From assembly GCA_032161105.1 (NCBI GenBank), contig JAVHTD010000014.1: 64,000 nt of DNA; one strand, given 5' to 3'. Positions 40,638 to 50,519 of this stretch are shown here, piece by piece. This stretch comes from Candidatus Thermosaccharophagus tengchongensis (GTDB lineage Bacteria > Armatimonadota > Fervidibacteria > Fervidibacterales > Thermosaccharophagaceae). Every line of letters begins with the position of its first letter. Position 1 is the first letter of the stretch. The position numbers were made by a program, and so were the translations under genes. The notes below the pieces were generated by a model, which made no database searches, was not told the DNA's origin, and saw only the letters and a list, made by a program, of their open reading frames with translations.

Positions 40638-40842
40638 GCAGCCGCATTCATGACATTGACCCTTCGTAGTCCATTATAGGTTGGCATGCTGCCATTGCGC
40701 AAATTGAATTTTGCTCAACGGTCTTTCCGGCAATGTGACACATTGTTGCACAAGCAAACTTCTCGGGTGTAAAATTGCAGCAGGTTAAATCATCCTAAAG
40801 GTGAGCCACATTAACTTTGAGCGCATTGGCTGGTGCTAAGCG

Positions 40843-42855
40843 ATGGGTAGCCGCATCTCCGGAAGCAGCGCAGCTCCTCGCTATGTGTCCAGGGTGGTTG
40901 TTATTTCCGTTGCGCTATCGGTGCTCAGTTGGTGGCTCGTTGAGCCAGTCCCGATTGGCTATCTCGCCGAGATGCGTCCGCCACTTGCATCTATGCGTTG
41001 GTTCATACATGACATGATGATGCGCTTGCATGCGCGTATGCATAGCCTTTCCGGCAAAATACCGATTACCATCATATCCATTGATGAACCATCGTTGCGC
41101 CAGTATGGTCTGCCCATCAGGAGGAAATACTATGCCGAGGCTATAAAGCGATTGAGTGCAGCCGGCGCAAAGGTGATTGCCATTGATGTGCTATTCGCTG
41201 GCGAGACCAAAGACGATGTTGCTCTCGCTAATGCCATCATGGAAGCATCACGCAAGTCAAGCATCATCCTCGCATCAAATGCGCTTTTCAGCTGGCGTGA
41301 GGTAACGCCATCTCCGGTGCCAAGCCGCGTGGCTATCCCGAGGGAGAATGTGGTCGGGAAGGTGACGGCCATCCCAGCGATTGAATTCTCAACATTGCCG
41401 TTACCGCTCGGCGAGAGCAATTTTGGTGTTGTGAACCTGTTCATGGATGAGGATGGAGTTTGCAGGCGCATGCCGCTCGCTTTTGAGTGTGGTGGAATGA
41501 CTTTGCCATCATTTGCGCTTGCTGCAGCGTGCGGCTATCTCGGTGTGCCACTCAACCAACTGCACGCTATTGGTGGCAATGGCATATGGCTGAAGGAACA
41601 CTTCGTCCCAACTCAATCAGCTCCGAGATGGTTTGGATGGGAGAATGAGTTTGTCATAGGGATTGACTTCAGGCAGCGCCTTGAAAACGGCATCGTTATA
41701 AAACCGCCCTTCAAAACATATTCGTTCCTTCGGGCTGTCTCGGGTGACATACCGGTGGAGGAAATTGCCGGGCACATTGTTTTGATCGGTGCAATCTCGC
41801 CTTCGCTCCCTGACCTCAGACCAACTCCGATTGAGCCCGCTATGAGTGGAGTTGAGATATTCGCACATGCCATCTACACCATCCTATCTGGGACATCCAT
41901 AAGAGATGCGCCAAGCCTCCTGCATCTTCTTCTATCGCTCTCCGTTGGTGTTGCAACTTGCATGTTGCTTTTGCGCTCTCGCACATTAGCCAGTCTGCTT
42001 TGGGCTTCCAATGTGCTTGTTGCATCATTCGCAATTCCACAGCTTGTCCTGATGAAGTGGCACATCGTTTTCAACCCGCTGTGTGCATTGGTGAGTTGGT
42101 TCATTGTTTCACTTTTCGTTGCCGTCATAAGAGCAGCGTATGCCGAGAGGCGAGCTGAGTATCTCGTCAACATGCTCAGTTTGTATGTTGCACCTGAGGT
42201 GGCAAAGCAGTTGGCGAAGGAAGCGGGATTGGAGGAGCAGCTTAGCGGTCAAAAGCGCGATGTCACCATACTCTTTTCCGACATACGAGGCTTTACGGGT
42301 CTGGCACATTCACTGCAACCGTATGAGACCGTTTCGCTCCTAAGCCGTTATTTCACGGTCATGTCTGAGATCGTCTTCCTGTATGGTGGCATGGTTAACA
42401 ACATGATGGGTGATGGCCTGATGGCAATCTTTGGCGTCATGCCTGACAGGGAAGACCACGCCGAGATGGCAGTGCTTGCGGCATGGCATATGATTGAGGC
42501 GCTTGATGAGTTGCAATTTGAGTGGGAGCGCGTAGCCGGAAGAAGGCTTATCATCGGAATAGGTGTCAACACTGGTGAGGCAGTGGTCGGCGACATAAGG
42601 ACGCCATACAAGGGTCACTTCACCGCCATCGGCAGCTGCGTCAATTTGGCTCAACGCCTTGAACAGCTGACGAAGGAGTTGAATTGCAAGCTGCTAATTG
42701 GCGAAGAGACTTATGAGCGCGTTGGGTGGATGGTGGTTGCCGAACAGGTGAGAGCGCAGGTTAAAGGGTTTGATGAGCCGATCACCGCCTACAATGTCAC
42801 TGGGCTTTCAGAGCACGGGATGCGCTTTAGGCGTTCACATTCAGCCGGCAAGTGA
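40843..42855 (+). CDS. CHASE2-domain class III adenylate/guanylate cyclase
   Basis: CHASE2 (IDEPSL, GAKVIAIDVLF, DEDGVCRR, MSGVEIFA); three TM helices; SDIRGFT, GDG, GIGVNTG, TAIG-x-x-VNLAQRLE. Confidence 0.9.
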   Translation: MGSRISGSSAAPRYVSRVVVISVALSVLSWWLVEPVPIGYLAEMRPPLASMRWFIHDMMMRLHARMHSLSGKIPITIISIDEPSLRQYGLPIRRKYYAEAIKRLSAAGAKVIAIDVLFAGETKDDVALANAIMEASRKSSIILASNALFSWREVTPSPVPSRVAIPRENVVGKVTAIPAIEFSTLPLPLGESNFGVVNLFMDEDGVCRRMPLAFECGGMTLPSFALAAACGYLGVPLNQLHAIGGNGIWLKEHFVPTQSAPRWFGWENEFVIGIDFRQRLENGIVIKPPFKTYSFLRAVSGDIPVEEIAGHIVLIGAISPSLPDLRPTPIEPAMSGVEIFAHAIYTILSGTSIRDAPSLLHLLLSLSVGVATCMLLLRSRTLASLLWASNVLVASFAIPQLVLMKWHIVFNPLCALVSWFIVSLFVAVIRAAYAERRAEYLVNMLSLYVAPEVAKQLAKEAGLEEQLSGQKRDVTILFSDIRGFTGLAHSLQPYETVSLLSRYFTVMSEIVFLYGGMVNNMMGDGLMAIFGVMPDREDHAEMAVLAAWHMIEALDELQFEWERVAGRRLIIGIGVNTGEAVVGDIRTPYKGHFTAIGSCVNLAQRLEQLTKELNCKLLIGEETYERVGWMVVAEQVRAQVKGFDEPITAYNVTGLSEHGMRFRRSHSAGK

Positions 42856-43010
42856 AGAGCATCGGTGAGCATTCACTGCATGCTAATTAGCATTCATCCA
42901 AAGCGGAGTAATTTGAAATTTGAAGCGCAACACGCTATCGCACTCAACGCTGCACGCTGTTTGAAGCGATGCTCTTGCACGACAAAAAGATTCCTCAGTT
43001 TGAGGTGGCG

Positions 43011-44129
43011 TTATCGGGCTTCGGAAGTTTGAATGGCGAATTCTCCCAATGCTGCCTCGTCAACTTCAATTCCGATTCCGGGCTGGTTGCTCACAATCAG
43101 ATTGTCCTTATGCATCTGAACGCCACTCGCTATGGGCGCCGATAGAAATTGCAACCCGTCAACTTCAATGCCAACGCGAAAATGCATCCCGCAAAATGTC
43201 TGCAGCGCACAGGCAATGCCGACTTGAGTTGACAGCCTCGTCCGCACGACCAATTCAAAGCCGTGAGCGATTGCCACCTGCGATATCTTCAATGCTGCGG
43301 AGAGACCACCCAACTTCGGTATATCCACAATGACCATATCGGCAGCATTGAGGTGCGCCAATAGAGTCACATCCTGTGGCACGACGCATTCCTCATCGGC
43401 TGCAATTGGCAGTGGTGAAGCGCGCTTCAACCTTTGAAGCGAAAAGGGGTTGCTCCCTCTGAGTGGCGATGAGCACAATGCCACATTCCCGACTCCGCCA
43501 GCCTGCTCAAGGAAACGGAGCGCTTCAGAGACGGAATCAAAGCCGCCGCCAGCGTCAAGCCAAAGCTGTGCTTGAGGGTGCAGCCGAGCTACCTCCTCAA
43601 CCCTGTCCAAGTCCTCTCCGACATTTCCAGCCAAGTTCACCTTAAGCCAACTCGGCTGCTCAAGGTCGCTGACTTGGTCGTAAATCCACTCTGGCGGTGT
43701 AAGGCTGACAGTGTATGCGACTGGTATTCGCTCAAAGCGCTTTCCGGCAAGGAGCGTGAATGCCGGCACGCCAAGATGCCTTGCGAGCAAATCAATGCAC
43801 GCCATCTCAAAGGAAGCGAATGCCAACCTGAAAGATGGGTCGCTCCATTCGTTGAGCATTGCAAGCTCAACGAGCACATTGCGCAGCTCAATTTCGTCCC
43901 TCCCAAGCGCTCTCGGCAGAATGCGCCTTGTGAGCAGATTGCAAATGTGAATGGCTTGCAAGTCATCAACGGGCACTTCACCCCACCCAACTGCGCCGTC
44001 GCTTGATTGGAGCTTAACGAATACATGTGTTGAGTGGTCATGCTCAGGTTGGCGCACAACTCTTGCAGCAGCGTAGCGCCGCTTGAATGGGAAACGGGCT
44101 ATAACAACGGATGCAACTTCGGCAGCCAT
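43011..44129 (-). CDS. Enolase-superfamily (MLE/MR-like) protein with degenerate active site
   Basis: GAVGWGE, EMACIDL-x-AR-x-LGVP-x-x-x-LL, PIAADE, PGIGIEVD. Confidence 0.8.
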   Translation of the reverse strand: MAAEVASVVIARFPFKRRYAAARVVRQPEHDHSTHVFVKLQSSDGAVGWGEVPVDDLQAIHICNLLTRRILPRALGRDEIELRNVLVELAMLNEWSDPSFRLAFASFEMACIDLLARHLGVPAFTLLAGKRFERIPVAYTVSLTPPEWIYDQVSDLEQPSWLKVNLAGNVGEDLDRVEEVARLHPQAQLWLDAGGGFDSVSEALRFLEQAGGVGNVALCSSPLRGSNPFSLQRLKRASPLPIAADEECVVPQDVTLLAHLNAADMVIVDIPKLGGLSAALKISQVAIAHGFELVVRTRLSTQVGIACALQTFCGMHFRVGIEVDGLQFLSAPIASGVQMHKDNLIVSNQPGIGIEVDEAALGEFAIQTSEAR

Positions 44130-44352
44130 GGTGTTTCACCTCGCAGCCACAAACTAAGGTAGTGCGGGCTCCGTGGGTTATGCAAGGGATGATGCCTCCA
44201 CGGCGTGAGTAAGTGAATGACACTTGTAAAGCGCACCTATGGCGCACCAGCCATAAGGTGACAGCAATCCGTAGGAAGGCTTTAGCCCCGAAGAAGGATG
44301 ATGATCCCTTTGCCCGCAAGCTGATTGTAGCAGCAAAACTGAGATGCCTGCC

Positions 44353-44381
44353 TTGACGGAGCCATTCTCTTTTGCTATAGT
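44353..44381 (+). promoter_or_regulatory. Sigma70-type promoter
   Basis: TTGACG-17 nt-TATAGT upstream of the DUF1559 gene at 44555. Confidence 0.65.
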
Positions 44382-44554
44382 GTGAGTTTGAAGACGCAGC
44401 TTGAGCTGCCGAAAGGCGAAAGAGATGCTCATGAAGATAAAGGAGGTGATGGAGTGCAGCATTGGATGATGGTTCTCTAAAAACCCAGTTGAGCAGCGCA
44501 CCGAGAGGCGCTAAAAACCATCCGTTCAAAATTCAGCTAAGGGAGGGATGCAAA

Positions 44555-45352
44555 ATGAGGTCGGCAAACGGAAGGCTTAACGAGAGGTTAATTGGATTCA
44601 CCCTGATAGAGCTGCTGGTGGTGATTGCTATAATCGCCATCCTGGCAGCGATTTTGTTCCCGGTGTTTGCGAGGGCGAGGGAGAAGGCAAGACAGTCAAG
44701 CTGTTTGTCAAACTTGAAGCAGATCGGCACGGGCATCCACATGTATGTTCAGGACTATGACGAGAGAATGGTGCCGAGGTCAATGAGGTATGGGGCAGGT
44801 AGCAAGCAATGCAACTGGCAACAGCTCATCTACCCATATACGAAGAATGAGCAGATTTATGCCTGTCCATCAAACCCGAATAATAGAAGCGCAGTGGCTG
44901 GTTCATCAGCGGGCGCCGCATATGGTTATCCATCGTTCATACCGCGCTCGTATGGTATCAACCCGCGCATTGCTCCCGGTGATGGTTCTGAGTGGCGTTG
45001 TCCAATTTTGGCATCCATAAGGAAGCCAGGCGAACGGATACTCGTAAGCGAGCTTCGCGGGACAACAGATTGGGAGGACATGGCGGCACCATGGTGGACA
45101 GGAGTTCCGGGGAACTGGGCAAATGTGTATGCATACCATCTGGGAACGATGTCATGTTTGTTTGTTGATGGGCATGTGAAGGCGCTTCGTCCCACAAGGC
45201 AAGTTGACCCGATCAACATGTGGGGTTGCATGAACGGTGGCAGCTGGGGCAGAGGCAACTGGGATGCCGATGTTATAGAGTGCCTCAACTATGAAGGCAT
45301 AGAACCGATACTTGTTCAAGCTATGCAGTATGTTGAAAGCATAAGTCAGTGA
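44555..45352 (+). CDS. Prepilin-type N-terminal methylation / DUF1559 / H-X9-DG protein
   Basis: [67 protein letters not shown] gggagg. Confidence 0.92.
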   Translation: MRSANGRLNERLIGFTLIELLVVIAIIAILAAILFPVFARAREKARQSSCLSNLKQIGTGIHMYVQDYDERMVPRSMRYGAGSKQCNWQQLIYPYTKNEQIYACPSNPNNRSAVAGSSAGAAYGYPSFIPRSYGINPRIAPGDGSEWRCPILASIRKPGERILVSELRGTTDWEDMAAPWWTGVPGNWANVYAYHLGTMSCLFVDGHVKALRPTRQVDPINMWGCMNGGSWGRGNWDADVIECLNYEGIEPILVQAMQYVESISQ

Positions 45353-45432
45353 TTGAGTTAAAGTAACCCCTCGCCTGCGTGAGCAGGTGATATGCTGGTT
45401 GTATATCCCTCGTTGGCTGGATAGGGAGATTA

Positions 45433-45458
45433 GCAGGGGCGCATGGAATGCGCCCGAA
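45433..45458. repeat. REP-like palindrome
   Basis: gcaggggcgcatggaatgcgcccgaa; core identical to the 5486 element. Confidence 0.75.
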
Positions 45459-45591
45459 GGGAAAAGCTTTATTCACCCCCTATTTTCGTCTGCTTGAGCG
45501 CGTGGTATAGTGATTGTGAAGGCGATGTTCCAGTTGTAGTTTTTACGATGCGGAGTTGCCATCGCGAGAATTTGGCGGGCGGTGATGTTGC

Positions 45592-46668
45592 ATGCGCGAG
45601 ATACGCTTTGGCATTATTGGTGTTGGTGTCCCAAATCAGGTTTCTGTGGGACCAATTGGTGCTGACCTTTACAGCGGGATAGCTGAATGGCATGCGCGCT
45701 ACATAAATGAGACGCCAGGTTGCAGGGTTGTTGCGGCAGCTTCACGCACTGAAGCTCATGTGAAGCTATTCGCTCAGAAGTTTAACCTCGGTGATAACTG
45801 GTATACTGACTACCGCAAGATGCTTGAGCGAGATGACATTGACGCCGTCTCAATATGCACCCCGAGCGGCTTGCATGCGCAGATAGGCATTGATGCTGCG
45901 AGGGCTGGGAAGCATGTCCTCGTTGAGAAGCCGATAGATGTGACGCTTGAGAAGGCTGACGCGTTGATTGAGGAGTGTGACAAGGCTGGTGTAAAGCTTG
46001 CCGTTGTCATGCCTTTGCGCTTCTCAAAAGTTGTGAGGTTTATCAAGCGCTCACTTGAGGACGGCACCTTGGGCAAGCCTTTGCTTGCAAACGCATTTTG
46101 CAGGCGCTACAGGACTGAGGCTTATTATGCCGAGAGCGATTGGCGTGGCACATGGGCGCTTGATGGTGGCGGGGCGTGCATGAATCAGGGCATTCATGTC
46201 ATTGACACCTTCATTTACTTGGTTGGGGGCGTTAAGCGCATACATGCGCGCATGGGAACTCTTGGTCATAAGGCGCTTGAGGTTGAGGATGTGGCAGTCG
46301 CCGATGTTGAGCTTGAGAATGGCGCTCTCGGAATGATTGAATGCACAACATGCGCCTATCCGGACTTCGGAGATTCAATTCACATCTACGCTGAGAGAGG
46401 CACGGTCATAACCGATGGCACACCGCCGAGGTTGACAACATGGGAGCTTGTTGATTCGGATTTCAAGCCAAACCTTGAGGAGTTGGAGGAGCGCAAGGAG
46501 CCATTCACGCTTCACAGGCAAGTTATAGCCGACTTCGTTGACGCCATACGCAATGACCGTGAACCAACTGTCAGTGGGAGGGAGGGACGAAAGGCTGTTG
46601 AAGTTATACTTGCCCTTTACAAATCGGCGAGGGAGGGCGTGGAAGTTGAGTTGCCGTTAAGGCGATGA
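45592..46668 (+). CDS. Gfo/Idh/MocA family oxidoreductase
   Basis: FGIIGVG, DAVSICTPSGLH, GKHVLVEKP, WRGTW-x-x-DGGG-x-x-MNQGIH, EVED. Confidence 0.92.
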   Translation: MREIRFGIIGVGVPNQVSVGPIGADLYSGIAEWHARYINETPGCRVVAAASRTEAHVKLFAQKFNLGDNWYTDYRKMLERDDIDAVSICTPSGLHAQIGIDAARAGKHVLVEKPIDVTLEKADALIEECDKAGVKLAVVMPLRFSKVVRFIKRSLEDGTLGKPLLANAFCRRYRTEAYYAESDWRGTWALDGGGACMNQGIHVIDTFIYLVGGVKRIHARMGTLGHKALEVEDVAVADVELENGALGMIECTTCAYPDFGDSIHIYAERGTVITDGTPPRLTTWELVDSDFKPNLEELEERKEPFTLHRQVIADFVDAIRNDREPTVSGREGRKAVEVILALYKSAREGVEVELPLRR

Positions 46669-46811
46669 CTTGGGATTTGATGTGCGCAACCGCATCATGA
46701 GCCAGATGGCACACCCTTGGAAAGGCTGAACCACCTTGGTGGTATGAATTGGTTGGTTATATCAGCTGCTGAATGAGCGTAAGCACAAGTGCGCTGAAAG
46801 CGGTGATGGGA

Positions 46812-47897
46812 ATGGCTTCGGAGAAAAAGCGCATCCTCGTCGTTGATGATGAGGAATACATCCAACAGCTTTTACAGTCCATTCTCTCAAGGGAAGGCTA
46901 CGAAGTGAGCGTTGCCGGCGATGGAGACGAAGCCCTGAGATTAATTGACCAGAATGCCTACGACCTAATCGTGCTTGACATCATGATGCCGGGAACGAAT
47001 GGCTTAGAAGTGCTGAGGCGAATCAAGACGACCGAGAGGCTCAAGTTCACCCCGGTAATCATCATGACGGCAGTGATGGATAGGGATGTGCGCTATCGTG
47101 CGCTTGATTTTGGAGCCGACGAGTTCCTGAACAAGCCAATTGACATCTACGAGTTGCGTGCGAGGGTTCGCACTTTGCTATCTGTGAAGGAGTATCATGA
47201 CTTCCTCGCCAACTTGGCTGACATGTTGAAAGCCGAGGTGGACAAGAAGACGAAGGAGTTGCGTGAAGCGCAGCTTGAGACCGTTAGGAGGCTTGGGCGA
47301 GCCGCCGAATTCAGGGATGATGAGACTGGCAATCACATCATGCGCATGAGCATGTATTGTGCGATCGTGGCTAAGAGGCTCGGGTTGCCTGACGAAGATG
47401 TTGAGATGATACTTTATGCCAGCCCAATGCACGATGTCGGAAAGATAGGCGTCCCAGACAGAATACTCCTCAAGCCGGGTAAGCTTGACCCAGGTGAATG
47501 GGAGATTATGAAGAGGCACACGGTTTGGGGCGCCGAAATACTCTCAGGGTCAAGGTCGCAATTGCTTGAGACGGCGAGGGTCATTGCATTAACGCACCAC
47601 GAGAAATGGGATGGGAGCGGCTACCCGCATGGATTGTCTGGAGAGGAGATACCGCTCTTTGGAAGGATATGTGCTATTGCTGATGTGTTTGATGCGCTCA
47701 CATCGGAGCGAGTTTACAAGCCAGCATATCCGAATGAGAGGGCATTCTCCATAATCAATGAGGAAAGGGGGAGGCACTTTGACCCACAAGTTGTGGATGC
47801 ATTCTTCGCCTCGCTTGATGAGATAATTGAGGTGCAATCAAAGTATGTTGAGACGAAAAAGCCATGGCTGTGGCAGTTTTACGAGGACAGGCGGTGA
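46812..47897 (+). CDS. Response regulator with HD-GYP (cyclic-dinucleotide phosphodiesterase) domain
   Basis: ILVVDDE, LDIMMP, KP; ETGNH, MHDVGK, HHEKWDGSGYP, IADVFDAL, YK. Confidence 0.93.
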   Translation: MASEKKRILVVDDEEYIQQLLQSILSREGYEVSVAGDGDEALRLIDQNAYDLIVLDIMMPGTNGLEVLRRIKTTERLKFTPVIIMTAVMDRDVRYRALDFGADEFLNKPIDIYELRARVRTLLSVKEYHDFLANLADMLKAEVDKKTKELREAQLETVRRLGRAAEFRDDETGNHIMRMSMYCAIVAKRLGLPDEDVEMILYASPMHDVGKIGVPDRILLKPGKLDPGEWEIMKRHTVWGAEILSGSRSQLLETARVIALTHHEKWDGSGYPHGLSGEEIPLFGRICAIADVFDALTSERVYKPAYPNERAFSIINEERGRHFDPQVVDAFFASLDEIIEVQSKYVETKKPWLWQFYEDRR

Positions 47898-47917
47898 TTG
47901 AGCACCCTTATGCGCCA

Positions 47918-49105
47918 TCAGTGAAGCAATGCCTCATAAAGCGCAAGCAGGCGTTCTGCGATTTTCCTCGGTGACAAGTTTTGCTCCACATGTCTCCTTG
48001 CTTCTTCGCCCATGCGCCTCCTCAAATCCGCATTTGAAATGAGCCATCTGATGCGCTCCACAAACGCCCCTTCATCGTTTGGCGATAGGAAACCATGAAC
48101 GCCATCCTCAAACGCCCATGAGACACCACGAGCATTGATTGCGACGCATGGCAATCCGGCAGCCATTGCTTCCGTTACAGTCAGCCCTTGTGTCTCAGTC
48201 AATGACGCGAACACAAACACATCTGCAGCCGCATAAAAGTCCTTCATCCGTTCCCTCGGGTGACCTCCCGCAAAGATTATCCGGTGGGAGGTGTTAAGCG
48301 AATTGGCTATGCGCTTTGCTCGTGGCAGGTAAGGACCCGGTCCGACGAGAAGCAGGTATGCATTCTCACACTTCTGTAGCACGACTGATGCAGCTTTGAT
48401 GAGGAAGTCAATGTTCTTTTCCAAGCCTATGCGTCCAGCGTAGAGCAATACGATTGCATCTTGTGGTATGCCATACTGCCTTCTAACGGATGCGCCATCA
48501 CCGCCTTGGAACTCCCTGACATCAACTCCGGTTGGGAGTGGCACTATCTCTGTCCTCACGCCATAGCTTCGCAGTATCGGTATAACTGCCGGGCTTGGCA
48601 CAATCACCAAATCGCACATGTTACAAAAATCCCTCGAGAGCTTGATGACAAGCGCCCTTGCGAGCGTTTTTGGCAGCGGGGCATAATGCAAATACTCCGT
48701 GACGAGCGTGTGATAGGTGAGCACAAGCGGTATTCTGTGGCGTTTTGCCCAATAGCCACCGAAGCGTGTGAGCCAAAAGATTGAATGCACATGGACGATG
48801 TGAGGCGAGAATTGTTTCAGCCTTCCCCACGGTTCTATTGCCAGCGGTATGGCGATCGGATACTCAACATAAGTGCTGAAGCAAAACGATGGGAAACGAT
48901 GCACATCTTCATCCGTCTCATGGTAGCCGGGGTATGATGGCGCAAAGATTTTGACATGGCAACCGAGTTCGCTTAAGTGCTCCCTGAATGTCTCAACCGA
49001 ACTTACAACGCCGTTTCTCGTCGGGCGATAGCATTCGCTGAAGATGGCGATGCGCAGTTTGCGCTCCATTTTTGGCTTACCGAGCCAGCGCGCATCCGAT
49101 GTCAC
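47918..49105 (-). CDS. GT4 family glycosyltransferase
   Basis: NGVVSS, TYHT, YAGR-x-x-x-EKN, ETQGL-x-x-x-EAMAAGLP. Confidence 0.9.
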   Translation of the reverse strand: MTSDARWLGKPKMERKLRIAIFSECYRPTRNGVVSSVETFREHLSELGCHVKIFAPSYPGYHETDEDVHRFPSFCFSTYVEYPIAIPLAIEPWGRLKQFSPHIVHVHSIFWLTRFGGYWAKRHRIPLVLTYHTLVTEYLHYAPLPKTLARALVIKLSRDFCNMCDLVIVPSPAVIPILRSYGVRTEIVPLPTGVDVREFQGGDGASVRRQYGIPQDAIVLLYAGRIGLEKNIDFLIKAASVVLQKCENAYLLLVGPGPYLPRAKRIANSLNTSHRIIFAGGHPRERMKDFYAAADVFVFASLTETQGLTVTEAMAAGLPCVAINARGVSWAFEDGVHGFLSPNDEGAFVERIRWLISNADLRRRMGEEARRHVEQNLSPRKIAERLLALYEALLH

Positions 49106-49114
49106 CGGCTCAAT

Positions 49115-49483
49115 TCACCTCAATGCAAGCAGTTTGACCTCAAGCATGTCCCCGACTGCCGTGTTCGTTTCCACGAGTTTTCCCGGAGGGAGTTCAAGCG
49201 CCATCTTTGCTCCAACCCCCACTGGGATGCAAACACGCCATGGTGGGAGAGATTGCCTCAGATGAACAACGCACATCCTGTCGTCGAGGAAAGCAACATC
49301 AATCGGGTATCGCATGAAGAATGTGTGGATGCCGTTGCATGGCACAATGAGCATGCCACAGCCATCTTCCAACTCGCCCGTGCCAAGCAAGCCCTTCATC
49401 CTCTCAAAAGCGGTTATGGCGATTGAGCATCTGTTGGCGAGCGTTGTGCCCTTCGTCCTGTTGGTTACCTCGCCTATGAGCAT
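49115..49483 (-). CDS. DUF192 family protein
   Basis: FERMKGLLG, IHTFFMRYPIDVAFLD, ALELPPG. Confidence 0.88.
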   Translation of the reverse strand: MLIGEVTNRTKGTTLANRCSIAITAFERMKGLLGTGELEDGCGMLIVPCNGIHTFFMRYPIDVAFLDDRMCVVHLRQSLPPWRVCIPVGVGAKMALELPPGKLVETNTAVGDMLEVKLLALR

Positions 49484-49613
49484 TGCTTCAACTGCTTACC
49501 TCCTCAAGCCGTCTCCCACTGTGAGTCGGTTTATCCCCAATGTGGCTTTGAAGGTTCGTATGCCACCTTTGTTGTGATTCTTTTCGCGAAGCCCGGCGCA
49601 GTTTTGTGAGGCA

Positions 49614-50489
49614 CTAAGGTCGTCTACCAAATAGTTGCTGTAGTTGATTCAATGCCCTTATAATTGCGGGTCCGGCGATGACGATGAAGAGGGTGGGAAA
49701 GATGAACAGCACAAGCGGGAGCATAAGTTTGACTGGCGCCCTTTGCGCCTGTTCCCTTGCCCTTTGGAAACGAAGTTCTCTCATTTGCTCCGCCTGAACT
49801 CGCAGCACATTCGTTAATGGCAACCCGAATCTATCCGCCTGAAGCAATGCCCTTATGAACATGTGCAGCTCCTCAATTGGGAGTCGCTCACACATTGCAA
49901 TCAGTGCCTCAGACCTTGGTCGCCCAAGCGATATCTCTCTTAGCACCCTCTGGAATTCTTCACCAAGTGGTCCTCTAAAGCGGCTTGCCACCCTCGCCAT
50001 CGCCGCATCAAGTCCAAGGCCGGCTTCAACTGCTGTTGCCATAAGGTCAACCATATCCGGAAGCGTTAACCTGGCAATGTGCTGTCTCCTGTGGACGAAG
50101 AACACATTGAGAATTACATCCGGTGCCATATACCCCATAAGTGCTCCATAGGAAGCTCCAAGGAGATAATATGCGACTGGGAAGGGTTTACCAAAAGCCT
50201 TTGATAGGCCGACTACGCATACAAATCCGATGCCGAGGAAGGCGAGTGCCCCCATATACTTCATGGCTACGACCTGTTCTGGTGTGACTCGTCCTTGCAA
50301 CCCGCCAAGCATGAGTAAAGTTCTCGCCCTCGTTTTAACGCCCTCGCCGGTAAGCTGCGCTAAGAATTTTGGTATGCGGTGGATGAAAGGGCGAACGACC
50401 CTCTCAAAGAATGGCTCTTCAGCTTCTCGCTCCGTCATCACCCTATCAATTGGTCTCCTTCTTCTCGGAAACAATTCCAATCGTGCCAT
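49614..50489 (-). CDS. tadC: Tad secretion membrane platform protein TadC
   Basis: LPDMVDL...VEAGLGLDAA, EISLG-x-PR, QADRFG, APVKLMLPLVLFIFP. Confidence 0.9.
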   Translation of the reverse strand: MARLELFPRRRRPIDRVMTEREAEEPFFERVVRPFIHRIPKFLAQLTGEGVKTRARTLLMLGGLQGRVTPEQVVAMKYMGALAFLGIGFVCVVGLSKAFGKPFPVAYYLLGASYGALMGYMAPDVILNVFFVHRRQHIARLTLPDMVDLMATAVEAGLGLDAAMARVASRFRGPLGEEFQRVLREISLGRPRSEALIAMCERLPIEELHMFIRALLQADRFGLPLTNVLRVQAEQMRELRFQRAREQAQRAPVKLMLPLVLFIFPTLFIVIAGPAIIRALNQLQQLFGRRP

Positions 50490-50519
50490 GTCATTAAGCC
50501 CCCAAATCGGTCAGCGTTT

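Noticed and set aside
40746..40775. Possible promoter TTGCAC-18-TAAAAT upstream of the cyclase
   Set aside because: Plausible but too weak to report as a feature without TSS data.
49484..49613. Flp pilin gene between tadC and DUF192
   Set aside because: Too short, with no G-x-x-x-x-EY prepilin motif.
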